Positions 12,407 to 25,859 are shown, numbered from the stretch's first letter. The stretch is 64,000 nt of DNA from Octopus sinensis (GCF_006345805.1 NC_043000.1:143158001-143222000), one strand, 5' to 3'. Numbers and translations: made by a program. The notes: generated by a model from the sequence alone, not told the origin.

Positions 12407-12949
12407 TTGTTATACTGGACTCACAATCCCTCAATTTCCTCATCAGTTAATGACATGTTTATAGTTAATTATATTCCAGCTGTGCAGAAAATAGTTCATA
12501 GTTTTAAATAGAATTCTACCAGAAATAAGAATAATCCTAAAAAAATTTGTTAATAGAAGAATACAAAACAAAACTCAGTACCAGATATGTCATAGTTAAA
12601 AAATAGTGAAATCTACTTTGGATTCATCGTCATTGTTTTAATGTCCATTTTTGTCCATGCTTCCATTGGCTGCATAGAGTTTATTGAAGCAGATTTGCTA
12701 TGGCCAGATGCCCTACCTGTCACCAAAGCTTAGTTGTTTTCAAGCAAAGTAATATTTCACTTTAACCAGACATGCTTTTGCAGAACACCGGAAACGACCG
12801 ACATTCATTTACAATAATCATGTCATGTCAACACAAGGTGACACAGACACCTACACACTAGCTGCCCCTTTCTCTCCCTCTCTCTGTATCTCTCTGTCTG
12901 TCTCTCTCTCTTTCACACACACACACACACACACAAACATTTATATAAC

Positions 12950-13085
12950 AAGCTTCTTTCAGTTTCCACCTACTAAATCCACCAATGTTTCAGTCAGCCC
13001 TGGGCTAGAGTAGAAGACACTTGCCCAAGGTGCATTGCAGTGGGACTGAACATGAAACCTTATGGTTGGGAAACAAACCTCTGCA
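12950..13085 (-). mobile_element. SINE A, degenerate partial
   Basis: CTTCTTTCAGTTTCC...GACACTTGCCCAAGGTGC...GGGACTGAAC. Confidence 0.65.
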
Positions 13086-13362
13086 TATAATTTTTTGAAA
13101 TTTGATGTAGAATTTTTTTTTATCAATGGACACAGTATTAACATTATCATTTGTACTCTACATCAAAATGCCAGAACAACACATCGTTAACATTTTATTT
13201 TGATGAGGAAACTAACGAAGTATTGGAAATGTTAATGGGTTAAGAAGAACTAATAAGGAAATAATGAAAATCATTAAAAGAATTATTAAAACTGAGTATA
13301 GTCATATAGTAATATAGACATATTGGAAAGAAAAGATCCTTTATATTAACATATACACATAT

Positions 13363-13417
<55 letters not shown>

Positions 13418-14076
13418 GAAACTGAAAGTACTAAAAATATTTCAATATCATCTATTAAATTCCAGTTTCTAAAATATTACACAGCTCTACTTTCAATATT
13501 GAGCACTTCCATTTCCTCTTATTTACACTTTATTTAATTCTCCCCTTCCCTTCACATACACAAATACGTATATGATATACTTTACTTTTCTTCTTTTTCA
13601 GTCATTGAACTTTGGCCATGTGGGTGTGTGCCTATGTGCCTGCATAAACTGACAACTCAGATTGTAATGCAAATGAAATTTTGAGCACCAATTTGAGACT
13701 TAACAACAGGCCCTCTGACAAAACTTGCACTGAATATCTATTACTTGCAGGACAGAGCACCTGCTGCTTTGATCTGCAAAATATACTATATAAACCTTGG
13801 CTGGTATAAACTAACACAATCACCTCAAGTATTTCATTTGTTTCATTGATGTGTCAGTCATTCAATCCCCTGCAGATAAGCTTTCAACTATTGTCTAACA
13901 TAAACAATAGGAGAATGCTTGTTTGATGGAAACAAAGGACCATATTTATATTAGCTATTTATGAAGAATTAAGGCTAAGAATAGGAACAAATTATAATTA
14001 AATTGCTAAGATTATAATATAAATAATTATATAAAACATTATGCTAATACACACACACACATATATACAGAGAGAA

Positions 14077-14108
<32 letters not shown>

Positions 14109-15427
14109 GCAGAGAGACAGAAAGTGAAAGACACACACACACAAACTAAAAAAGTAGTAGAAAGAAAATATGAAATTCTATAAAATCTTCTAGGAGGAAG
14201 GAAGACTTGCTTCCCAAGGATCGAAGTCGACTGTGGCTGAATGGTGCCGCTATGTCTGTACATGTCTGTCGCTCTCTTGTCTAAAAATGGGGCCGACCAT
14301 CCTGCCAAATCGAATTTGTTCAGGAAGGCAGCTATGAAATATTTCACCTTATGAGTTTAAGAATTTCACCCTGATCTTGCGAAATTTTCTTCAAATCATT
14401 CTCCTCTCTGTCAAGTATAGCTTGCAAATGTTCGTCTATACAGATATGGTCTAGCCACCCCATCAGTTTTCATTTGATTTTGTATAGCATTCCTATCATT
14501 TTAAATTTCTGTCTGTATATCTAACATTGTGTTTCTCATAGATTTGAAAAGAGGATTTATAATTATTTAGGTCATTTGTAATTATTTATTTAATTTAAGT
14601 CATCTGATGAGCGAAACATCATAATGAGTGTGCAGGTCTCTGTTAGATGGCACCACCACAGTTTCAAAGATCACAGCTTCTGTGTTGCATTGACCATTCA
14701 GTAGGCACTCACTGTTAATTCTACATGAGCACTCTGCCTCTGTACGGAGCATGATGTATTCACTGATATTCTATATATACTAGGTACACATCTGAGCAAG
14801 TTACTTATGTTATGCTTGGTGAAAATTTTCTATAGCTATAGTCCTGTGATAAATGCTTATCCACTAATATAAGGAAGGCACTTGTAACGAAGGCTTTATC
14901 TTTGAGCGAGAAAGATGGCTCAAATCAGAGCCAGCACTCTTCTAAAACAACTGGTATCGATCAATGGGAAGCAACCCTTCCTTCCAGGAATATGTTGCAA
15001 AATTCTTCCACATCATCATTCTGGTTCTTTATACTAACTCCGACTCAACCAGGACTCTGCATGTACTTCCAGTGTAAATGAGGCTATGCACTTGAGGTTA
15101 GCAAGTCCGAAGTGTTGTCCAAATTGTCAAAGGCAAACGTCAGCGTGAAACAGTTGGTAGCATTCTGGCCAGTTATAGGGAGTAACCAGTAATATACTGC
15201 TGGACTGATATAAGCATATATATATATGGATGTGTGTAGGTGTATTCTCGCACGCAAGCGCATGTGTAAAGTTAAGTCCTTTATGAAAATCAAGTTGGTG
15301 TTGACTATTTGCTTCATGCAACCGATTGTTGAACACTGCAACACAGTCTATCTGTCTGTCTTTCTGTCTATCTATCTAGCTATCTATCAGTCTGTCTGTC
15401 TGTCTGTCTGTTTGTCTGTGTATACGT

Positions 15428-15470
<43 letters not shown>

Positions 15471-16415
15471 TATATATATATGTATATACATGCGTTGTAT
15501 ATATATATATATGCATAACATACATATTTACACACCCACATACAAACATGTATGCAACTATGCATTTAGAATGTTATGTTTATATTATGCCGAAGCTGGT
15601 TTGCACACAAATTTCTGTTCCGACACCTGAATCACTACTCACGTCGATACTTAAAATACCACGCAGGTCTCTGTAGACGTGTGCATGATGCAATTTTTTT
15701 TACTTTTTCTGTTGTGCAATAATACACCACAAAGAAAACTTCTGTTCTGTCTTGAATCAGGTGGTGTATATGGTCCCTGTTTGCGGAAACATATGCGTAT
15801 TAATCTCCATACGTACTTGAAAATTTCCTAATGTTAATTGTACGGTCACGTTGTTTCTGTGTATGCTGCGACGTTAATGTAGTGTGTCTTGCCTACGGGG
15901 AACAAATAATATAACTGACTGCACAACATATCTATCGGATTCTAGTTCTCTCAATCATTTTGTTCTCTTACAATACTTACATACAGACGCACTCGCAAAT
16001 TTATATATATAAGTTCCAAGTTAGAAGATTGATATTTCATACGCTTCGGGCAGAAACGTATTAATATGAACACGTCTATAACTATAAATATGGCCGATGT
16101 TTTATATAGCGTAAGATCAGTATGCATGCATAGATGTACACACACACACACACAAATGTGTATATATTAAAAGTGTATATATGTATGTAAGTATGTATGT
16201 ATGTATCTATCTACTTAGCTATACTTATCTATCAATCTGTCTATGCATACCACACACCCACACACCCACGCCCACACAGACACACCACACGTGTATATAT
16301 ATATTATATATATATATAATATATACGTGTGTGTGTGTATATATATGCAATGCCTACATATGTTTATATACACATACGTGTATATATATATACATACATA
16401 CATATATATATACAC

Positions 16416-16471
<56 letters not shown>

Positions 16472-16483
16472 ATATATATATAT

Positions 16484-16514
<31 letters not shown>

Positions 16515-17283
16515 AATATATAATATACATATATATATAATTTGTGTGGGTGCTGAATGCGAGAAGGCAAATTCTTAAAGTCCTTACAGCGTGAATAGAA
16601 TGTCACGCGATATTTGTCCCAATTTTATGATCTTATAGGCGAAATGAAGATAACATTAATATTGCCTTTCCTCGTTTAGGGTTAAAATAACAGCATCACT
16701 CCAAGTGCTGGAAGCTCTTGTTCAAGCACTCTGGAGTGCTGGAACAAGAGTTCCGGGCATGATAGTTTGTGCTATCTTATTCTGATTTTTCGCATTATGA
16801 CACCGACGAAAATTTAACGAATTATTGAATAAGAAAACGTATGCGTTGCAAAACGAAAGTGGTGGGTCAAAATTTATGCAGTTTAAAAATATGCAGGATC
16901 TGTTTGAAGTTCAGTCATAAAATATTTATTCAATGTCCTATCGCGGACAAATGCTCCCTAATTCAAGTGGAAAATCCAGCCTCACCGGACTTGCGTCGCT
17001 TACATAGATCATTGCAATCCGCACTCATGCCTTTCATATATTATTTATGTTATACACTGACTTTTTTCTACGACTTTATTAGTACTTCTTATAAATTTAT
17101 AGAATGTATCTTCCTATAAAATTATATATTTTGCAAAACCATCTCCTCAGACGAAACTTTCGAAATATTGTCTAAAAGCTGTTCGGTGAATATAAGTATT
17201 TAAATTGGTTTGGATATCAAGGTCTAATTTCTATGGTAACGTGAATTCTATTAAAGCACATCTTGAATCACACACACACACGC

Positions 17284-17355
<72 letters not shown>

Positions 17356-17623
17356 TCATCATCATTTGGTATCCACTTTTTCATCCTTGAATGGGCCGGA
17401 CGTCATTTTGTATAGCGAATATTCTATGGTTTGCTGTCGCTTACCCTCTCCTGTTTCCATGTAAGGTAATATTTCTCTATGACTAGGCATCTTTCAGAAG
17501 AATGGAAACGAAGGACATCGCCTGCTTGATGTTGTCACTCCATTACAACTGTTCCAATATCTCAAGGCAAGGAGAGTGTAACACTCACACATGCGTATCC
17601 ATAATTATACGACGGGTTCCTTA

Positions 17624-17855
17624 AGGCGGCGAGCTGGCAGAAACGTTAGCGCGCCGGGCGAAATACCTAGCGTTATTTCGTCTGCCGTTACGTTCTGAGT
17701 TCAAAATCCCCCGAGGTCAACTTTGCCTTTCATCCTTTCGGGGTCGATAAATTAAGTACCAGTTACGCACTGGGGTCGATGTAATCGACTTAATCCCTTT
17801 GTCTGTCCTTGTTTGTCCTCTCTAAGTTTAGCCCATTGTGGGCAATAAAGAAATA
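17624..17855 (+). mobile_element. SINE B inserted into a SINE A remnant
   Basis: Full copy; diverged TSD TATACGACGGGTTCCTT / TATATGACAGGTTCCTT. Confidence 0.9.
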
Positions 17856-18121
17856 TATATGACAGGTTCCTTTGTGTTTCCGTCTACCAAATTCACTCGA
17901 CTTAATCCGTTTGTCTGTCCTTGTTTGTCCTCTGTATGTTTAGCCCATTGTGGACAATAAAGAAATATATATGACAGGTTCCTTTGTGTTTCCGTCTACC
18001 AAATTCACTCGACTTAATCCGTTTGTCTGTCCTTGTTTGTCCTCTGTATGTTTAGCCCCTTGTGGGCAATAAAGAAATATATATGACAGGTTCGTTTGTG
18101 TTTCCGTCTACCAAATTCACT
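17786..18121 (+). repeat. 112-bp tandem triplication across a SINE B 3' junction
   Basis: CGACTTAATCC starts at 17786, 17898 and 18010. Confidence 0.92.
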
Positions 18122-18951
18122 CACAAAGCTTTGGTTGTTCCGAGCCTATACCAGACATATGCCTCAGGTGCATCGTAGCGGGGCAACATATATATTAAAC
18201 GTGTTTATTTGTTTGTTTGTCTATATGTGTTTGTCTGTCTGTCTGTGTGTGTGTGTGTTATAGTTAGTATATATTACGTGTGTGCGCGTGCTGTTTGTAC
18301 GTGTGTCTGTATGCTCGCATGCATACATATATATTTTATTTGCGTAATCATATTAAGTCAGCAAACAACTTATCAGTAGTAAGATTAATTCATCTGTACA
18401 CAGACCGTAAATTAATTATCTGTCTTCTTTCAGTAGTGATGTTTGTGTTCGCCGTTAGAGGTCACCTAAGCTAGCCTGTCTTGTTCGGTAATGTTTGGAT
18501 AAAATGATATATTCGCATTGCAAATCTCTTTGCACTTCTTGCTTGTCAACGCTAATAGCGACAATTCTTCTCTTAATGTGTTGTCTAAGCGTTACGTATG
18601 TCAACTGTAATAGGCACCCAGGGTTAATAAATTTATTGCAATTGTATGCTTGGAATCAACACCATGGAAATTTTCTGTTAACGACATACACAAAATACAA
18701 CTGTCAAGGTAACCCAATGGAATTTTGCATGAAAGAAAAATAACTGAAACTGCAAACCGTTGGATTCTCGTAGATTAATAGGTCAACGACATGCAGTGAA
18801 CATGTTTTTAAAACTGTATACTTTCTAACATACAAGATTCGTCAATTATAAAATGTCGGCATTCTACTGCCATTTTACTTTCTTTCAATCAAATTGGGTT
18901 GGAGATAGCTGAGTTGCAGCGAAATGTTCGAATGCGATAATTTTATTTTTC

Positions 18952-19292
18952 GGATCTAGGGTTAGGGTTAACCCTAACCCTAGGTTAGGGTTAGGGGTGG
19001 GGGAAGGGTATCATTTTTCTTCACAAATGTAAATAAACCCAATCTGTTTCTTAAAGGAGGGACATATTCATTATGCACAGAATGTTATTTACCTAAATGG
19101 ACTCCAGTGATTGGTTAGAATTGCCGAAATGCTAGTAATTTCAGACGAAATATCTTACAAACTATAGAATTTTCTCAATAAAGCCAAGAGAAAATGATGT
19201 TTTATAGACACATTCTACTAGTATACGAAGTTTAAAACTTTTTAGTTACCTAGAAATTATGTTACAAAGTGCCGTTCAAAAGGAAAAGATCC
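18952..19292. mobile_element. MITE-like element carrying telomere-type repeats
   Basis: Ends GGATCT...AGATCC; internal TAGGGTTAGGGTT-AACCCTAACCCTA palindrome at 18957-18982. Confidence 0.5.
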
Positions 19293-19822
19293 TATTTTTC
19301 TTATACCAGTTCATGATACTTGTGTGTATACATTTACGTATGTATAGATGCAGGTGTGTATGCATGTAAAATGTGTGTGTCTGTTTGTGCGTGCGTATAA
19401 ATCGGGATACAAATCGATAAAGAGAAACCCGTCTAACAATCTATACATCAGAAAAAAATATATACTCGCATATTTGTTAGAGTGTGTATATTTATCTAAG
19501 TATGCTGTGTTATAGATCCATATCAGCCGATCTTACCAAGCGTTTCCTCACTGGTCTCATATTCTTTCCATATCTTCTATCTCTGAATACCATGTGGTGT
19601 TACTTAAACGTGCTGTTATCAAATATCTGGTTATCTAATACTCAGTGTGAAACTAATGGCGAAGATCGGTTGAAATGGATCAGTATACAATATATTATAT
19701 AGTCGTATAATATTGTATCCTTTGATTTATATAAATACTAGAATGCTACCTGTCTTATGATGGGTAACTTTCGAAGTATAGTTTTTCTACCATTCATAAT
19801 ATCAGGAAAAAAATAGCATACA

Positions 19823-20225
19823 TACTGTTTTACTCTTTTACTGGTTTCAGTCAATTGACTGCGGCCATGCTGGAGCACCGCCTTTAGTCGAGCAAATCGA
19901 CCCCGGGACTTATTCTTTGTAAGCCCAGTACTTATTCTATCGGTCTCTTTTGCCGAACCACTAAGTAACGGGGACATAAACACACCAGCATCGGTTGTCA
20001 AGCAATGCTAGGGGGACAAACACAGACACACACATACATACATATATATATATATATACATATATACGACAGGCTTCTTTCAGTTTCCGTCTACCAAATC
20101 CACTCACAAGGCTTTGGTCGGCCCGAGGCTATAGTAGAAGACACTTGCCCAAGGTGCCACGCAGTGGGACTGAACCCGGAACCATGTGGTTGGTAAACAA
20201 GCTACTTACCACACAGCCACTCCTA
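19823..20225 (-). mobile_element. SINE A, full copy
   Basis: Near-consensus along its whole length. Confidence 0.92.
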
Positions 20226-20539
20226 ATAATTTTATTTAATTTTTATAGAACTTCTTGGCACATATACAAAGCAATGAAATGAATGCTAATTTTCGAAAGA
20301 AAAATATTTAACACTTATTTAAAAATAAAATTAAATAAGACAAATTTCTCATTTGCATAAACCTCCTCCTAATTGCTGTTTCATTCAATCTCTCCTCGTC
20401 CCCCTTCCCTCCTCCTCTACCTCCTCCTCTATGATTCTTCTTTCTCTCTCACTGTGCTTGTGAAGCATTCTTTTGCTCTTTGCCTGCCACCAAGCCTCCA
20501 ATGTGCATCATTCTGCGTCTCTTATAAGCATCCCTCTTT

Positions 20540-20800
20540 TACCGTCTCTCTCTCTCCCCCCTCTCTTCTCTCTCTCTCTCTCTGTCTTTGTCACTGTCTC
20601 GATCTGTCTGTCGGTCTGCCTGTCGACCTCTGTCTCTCTCTCTCTTTCTCTGTATCCCTGTCTTTGTCACTGTCTCGGTCTGTCTGTCTCTCTTTCTCTG
20701 CCTCCCTCTCTGTCTCTCTTTCTCTGCCTCCCTCTCTGTCTCTCTTTCTCTGCCTCCCTCTCTGTCTCTCTTTCTCTGCTTCCCTCTCTGTCTCTCTCTG
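20540..20800 (+). repeat. CT-rich tract with 26-bp units
   Basis: CCTCCCTCTCTGTCTCTCTTTCTCTG repeated about 4 times. Confidence 0.9.
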
Positions 20801-20846
20801 ATTTAAAGCGTGACTGGGGTAATCAATCAACCAACATTTATATCAG

Positions 20847-20882
<36 letters not shown>

Positions 20883-22248
20883 GTGTGTATGTATATATAT
20901 ATATATATATACGTATATATATATATGTATATATATATATATAATATATTAATTAGAGACATATATATATATATATATATATATTGATAGATAGATAGTT
21001 AGATATATAGAGATATCGATATTGATATTGTACACATACACATACACACGCGCACACACATATCTATATGTATGTATATATGTATCTATGCGTACGCACA
21101 CTGATACTTATGTATGCTCACCATCTTGGCAGTTTGCTCACAAACAAATAATGAAGCCGAAACCTACCAGGCATATTTATTAGAATTCACTTATTGTTTA
21201 CTTTGTTTTTTGGTTTCTTTCAATCACACGTGATCATGTGAATGTGTTTTAGTTATTTGTTTGCATAACTTGAAACAGAAAGTAAAGAACAAAGTGAAAA
21301 TGGAAACAAATATTTTTTAAAAAAATATATATGGTTTGGATGGTTCTGGAGAAAAAAAAAAGTACCACACACAAAAAAAAAAACAAAAAAAAAACAAAAG
21401 CAATAAGCATATTTCGAATATTCCAAAAAGGTGTGTTTCAGTTGGATGCACTTTGTAAACGTGAGTCACTCAACCGGGAATTGGTGGTTCTTATTTTGCA
21501 ACTTGGTAGAAAAGAAAAATTTCCTCAAAGACTAAACATTGAAGATTTCGCGCAAGAGAAATTTAACAGATATGATCTTGTATAACATCCTTACGACTTT
21601 CAAGGATTCGAATTGGATATTTCATCGCCCGATGAATCACAGTATTTTGAAATTCGCTCACAGTTCCGTGTATTACTGCCAAAGTTAACTCGTCTCTTTT
21701 TGCTTCTTTATTATTTTAATGTTTTTGTTTGTAGAATCGGTTTAAAAAACAGAAACGGGATAATTGTATTGTGAAATAAAAGAGTGAGAAATACTTCCAT
21801 AGAGGATGTAACTTTATATTCTGCACTACATTACCATCCGTGCGACAGTGGAAACTTAGCAGGTTGCAGAGCAATTTCTTTTTTTTTAATTTTCCTTTTT
21901 CCGTTTTCTTTTATACATGGAGCGGAAAATGCAGATTTAGAATGAAAGAATACGGAGATAGTAGCGTAAATGCATTTAGGAAATGGATCACCAAAATAAA
22001 AGATAGAGTTCATTTGGGAATGAAACCTGGACTCGTATTCAATTAAGCAAGAAATTTTTACATTACTATACATATATACCTACCTACATAAACTCCTGCC
22101 TCTCTCAGCCTCTTTGTAAATGTGTGCGTGCATGTGTGTATGTTTGTGTGTGTATGTTTCACTCACGTATACATAACCCGCATCACTCATACACTTATGG
22201 TTGAATTTATATGCATACTTCAATTCTCTCTCTGTCTCTCCCTCTCTG

Positions 22249-22315
<67 letters not shown>

Positions 22316-22321
22316 CCCTTA

Positions 22322-22492
22322 CACGCAATTTTTTTTTCTCTCCTTGTTTCTTTTCTGTGCATCTTTCTGTCGAAGAGCGTAGGCTCGAAACGTAAAAGAC
22401 TTGTTTTATTTCTATTCCTGAGCGCCATACTAATACATTATTTGTTTGTACTCCACCTGCCTTCGTCTTTTGTTTATTTTCGTAAACCTTCC
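22322..22492 (+). mobile_element. Repeat P1 copy
   Basis: Reverse complement of 491-648; lies between (TG)n and (CA)n. Confidence 0.65.
22362..22399 (+). ncRNA. Minimal type I hammerhead ribozyme motif with variant core CUGUCGA (family P1)
   Basis: Stem I TCTTT/AAAGA; CTGTCGA-A; stem II GAGC-GTAG-GCTC; GAAA; palindromic stem III ACGT; triplet GUA (predicted cut after 22394). Confidence 0.7.
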
Positions 22493-22493
22493 G

Positions 22494-22550
<57 letters not shown>

Positions 22551-22974
22551 CACTCGCATATGAACCTTGGACAAGTATCTTGTAACCAAATCCTTGAGAG
22601 TAGATTTAGTAGACGGAAACTGAAAGAAGCCCATTGTATGTATGTATGTATGTATGTAGTATGTATGTATGTATGTATGTATGTATGCAGGTATGTATGT
22701 ATGAATGTGTGTGTGTGCGCGCGCGTGTTACCGTTTCCTTGTTTTGACATAATGAGATAATTGTAAACAAACGTCACTGTCATACAAGTGGTATCGTTTG
22801 TTTCAGCTTCCCGGAAAATATATTCCTCGATGGGGAAAATATTATCTTGTTTGTAAACAGTAGAGGGTCGACACCATGTAGGGCACCCGACCGTAGAAAG
22901 TTTGCCGTAATAAATTCCGTCTGATCCATGCAAGCGTAGCGAAGTAGTAGTTATTTATTAAACTATTTGAGAAA

Positions 22975-23205
22975 GGCGGCGAGTTGGAAGAAACGTTAGC
23001 GCGCCGGGCGAAATGCTTTGCGGTATGTCGTCTGTCGCTACCTTCTGAGTTCAAATTCCGCCGAGGTCGACTTTGCCTCTCATCCTTTCGGGGTCGATAA
23101 ATTAAGTACCAGTTACGCACTGGGATCGATGTAATCGACTTAATCCCTTTGTCTGTCCTTGTTTGTCCTCTCTATGTTTAGCCCCTTGTGGGTAGTAAAG
23201 AAATA
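22975..23205 (+). mobile_element. SINE B
   Basis: Full copy with perfect 11-bp TSD TATTTGAGAAA (22964-22974 and 23206-23216). Confidence 0.95.
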
Positions 23206-23586
23206 TATTTGAGAAAATGCAATTAGGAATACCTTGATGCTCCTCTTCGATCCTCCTCTTGCCGTTTATATTCTGTGAATTGTCAAGTCCCACATTTAAC
23301 TACTACGACAATTCCTTCATTTCACAATGTCGACCTTCTTGTACTCTTAGCTTCCGCATATTTTCCCTTCACTCGCCTTTAACCGCATTGATTTCGCCGG
23401 TTTCTGAAAGCCTGTATCGGTCATGGGCATAATCTCTTCCTCAAGATTAAGCAAGGCAGTAAAACTAAAAAATTATTATATGATATGTGGCTTTTGTCTA
23501 TGTTTTGTATTCAAATTCTGTTCGTGTCATGTCGACCTCTCTGTTATTGCCTCAGAATTGCAAAATGAAGTACCTTTCCGATCAGT

Positions 23587-23647
23587 TTTACACATCAATT
23601 ATCTACTTTACACATCAATTATCTACTTTACACATCAATTATCTACT
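23587..23647 (+). repeat. 20-bp minisatellite x3
   Basis: TTTACACATCAATTATCTAC, three perfect copies. Confidence 0.95.
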
Positions 23648-24126
23648 GTGTGTAAATTACTCTTGAGTATTTATGCCAAGTGACATGATATATGAAGTAA
23701 AATCTTGACAAACTAAGGCTTTGATGCAGTTTAAATCTGCATTTGGTAATCAATTTGTTTCAGTTACATAACTAACGCATTTAGAAGGCATCAATGCCAC
23801 AAATTCAGATTTTACTCAAAGAAAATATGTGGTACATTTATGTCAATAGGTTCAATAGCTAATGCTGAAGTGCAAGAGGTTAGAAGCGTCTGTCCGGGCA
23901 CTTTTAAAGATTAGATTGAAGTTAAGACGCTGAAAGAAAACAACGATAACAAAGAAGTCGAAGTCTATTGACGACTATGAAATTCATAACAATAATGTCA
24001 AAATTTGCGAGCGACGTTGGTGATAACAAGATTATAACAGCAACAATCAGAAACAACTACAGCATGGAGAGTGTGATAACCATCACAGTTGACAATAAAA
24101 CGATCAAAAGCTATGCTAGAAATTGG

Positions 24127-24231
<105 letters not shown>

Positions 24232-25613
24232 ACTGGTGTTACCGTTAACAAGACATCGAAATACAGCACTAATTTTAAAGTGTGTTATTGACATTTTCTG
24301 TTAACAATAATGCGATTAACAGCAACCACAGCAATAACAGCAACAACAACAGTTGTGTGAAGACTGTAATTGACGTTGCAACTTACAAGACAATGCACAT
24401 AACCAACCATAGTTACAAACTATTTCAGTCATAATCACACCTTCACCTATATTGCCACAGCTATCGTCACCATTCCGACAATAAATATAATAATGAAATA
24501 AATAAATAAATAGATAAATAAATAACCGAAAAAGGAATAGCAATTCGAAATTAAACGGAAAGAAAAATAAACTGCTCTTATGTCTAAACTTCTCTTCAAG
24601 TTTAACAAATGGTTTTGCTGTAAGCAACAGATCGTTTGAAACCTGTCTCAACGTGAGTTCCAATATCAACATCCGAAAGTAGTTGCACACATTTATAACC
24701 CTCTAAATAAACGGATATTATTTGATGACGTTTTTACGATCTGAAGCAATTTCAGTTAAGTTTTCAGTCATTAATCTTAGACCTACTTTTCCATACAGAT
24801 ATGAGTATTTATTTTACTGTGGTCACAGTTTTGACATTTAGCCAGAATATTGACATTAAATAAAGAGCCGAAATATCAAACGTAAACGGTGATAAAGCTG
24901 AAAGTGTGTCTGATTGATTGTTCACTTCGTTCTGGAGAAATAGATAACATTTCTATAAGAGCGAGCTAATAAAAACATATCGAGTCATTAATGCACTTCT
25001 GTTAATACTCGATTCAATGACCAATAAATAAATCAAAACGACATTAAACTGTCCTTAACAATTACTCGACCGTAGTGAATTTATGGAACAGGTCACGTGG
25101 TAATCCAGTAATTAATCTGATAGTATTAAGGAAAATTACGAAACTAACCGCGCACAAATGTAATCTGCTGCATCGAGGTCAGGGCGCAGCAACTGCGCTT
25201 TTTGATGCTAGAATGGTTAAATAGTTAATCTGCAACACAACTTGGCTTCTTGAGACTGCATACAAATATTGGCTTTGTTTCTATTTGGCATAAAAGACAG
25301 TTGTTGGGATCAAGTTTACCTTTCATCCTTTAAGAAATTATTTAAATAAGCACCAGTCAAGTACTGGGGCCGATTAATTCGAGCATCCACGTTTGGATAC
25401 CTTGTGTGCCAAAATTAGAAACCATCTTTGTTGAGTGTAATGAAAATGATAAAAGTGCTGGTTTGAATATCTTTTGTCACAAACCTTTGCATTCCCGATT
25501 AGAAGCTAATAACATTATACTAATATCGAGAAAATTAATGCCAATCCAGGAGATAGTGGAAGCCATTTAACCGATAAGATTAAAAAAAGAAAGTGAATGA
25601 CTACAGTTAATAT

Positions 25614-25808
25614 TTGGCAGAATCGTTTGCACGCTGAATAAAATGCTTAGCGACATTTCTTCGGGTTTCATGTTCTGAGTTCAAATGGCGCGGAAGTGGA
25701 CTTTGCTTACTTTCCTTTCAAGGTCAATTAAATAAGTACCAGTTGGGTCGATGTAATCGACTTTTTCCCTCTCCAAAAATTGCTTGCATTGCGCCAAAAT
25801 TTGAAATT
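25614..25808 (+). mobile_element. Older SINE B-related variant ending CCAAAATTTGAAA plus (TTA)n
   Basis: TTGGCAGAATCGTT...GAGTTCAAAT...AATAAGTACCAGTT...GGGTCGATGTAATCGAC. Confidence 0.75.
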
Positions 25809-25821
25809 GTTATTATTATTA

Positions 25822-25859
<38 letters not shown>

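Noticed and set aside
16841-17119. Mariner transposase fragment (PASPDL..RSLQ)
   Set aside because: Similarity is limited to a few residues; no other motifs or TIRs.
23587-23647. CRISPR-like array
   Set aside because: Contiguous 20-mers without spacers, in a eukaryotic context.
25184-25203. GCGCAG-CAA-CTGCGC-TTTTT as an intrinsic terminator
   Set aside because: Bacterial concept; a 6-bp hairpin plus T5 is expected by chance here.
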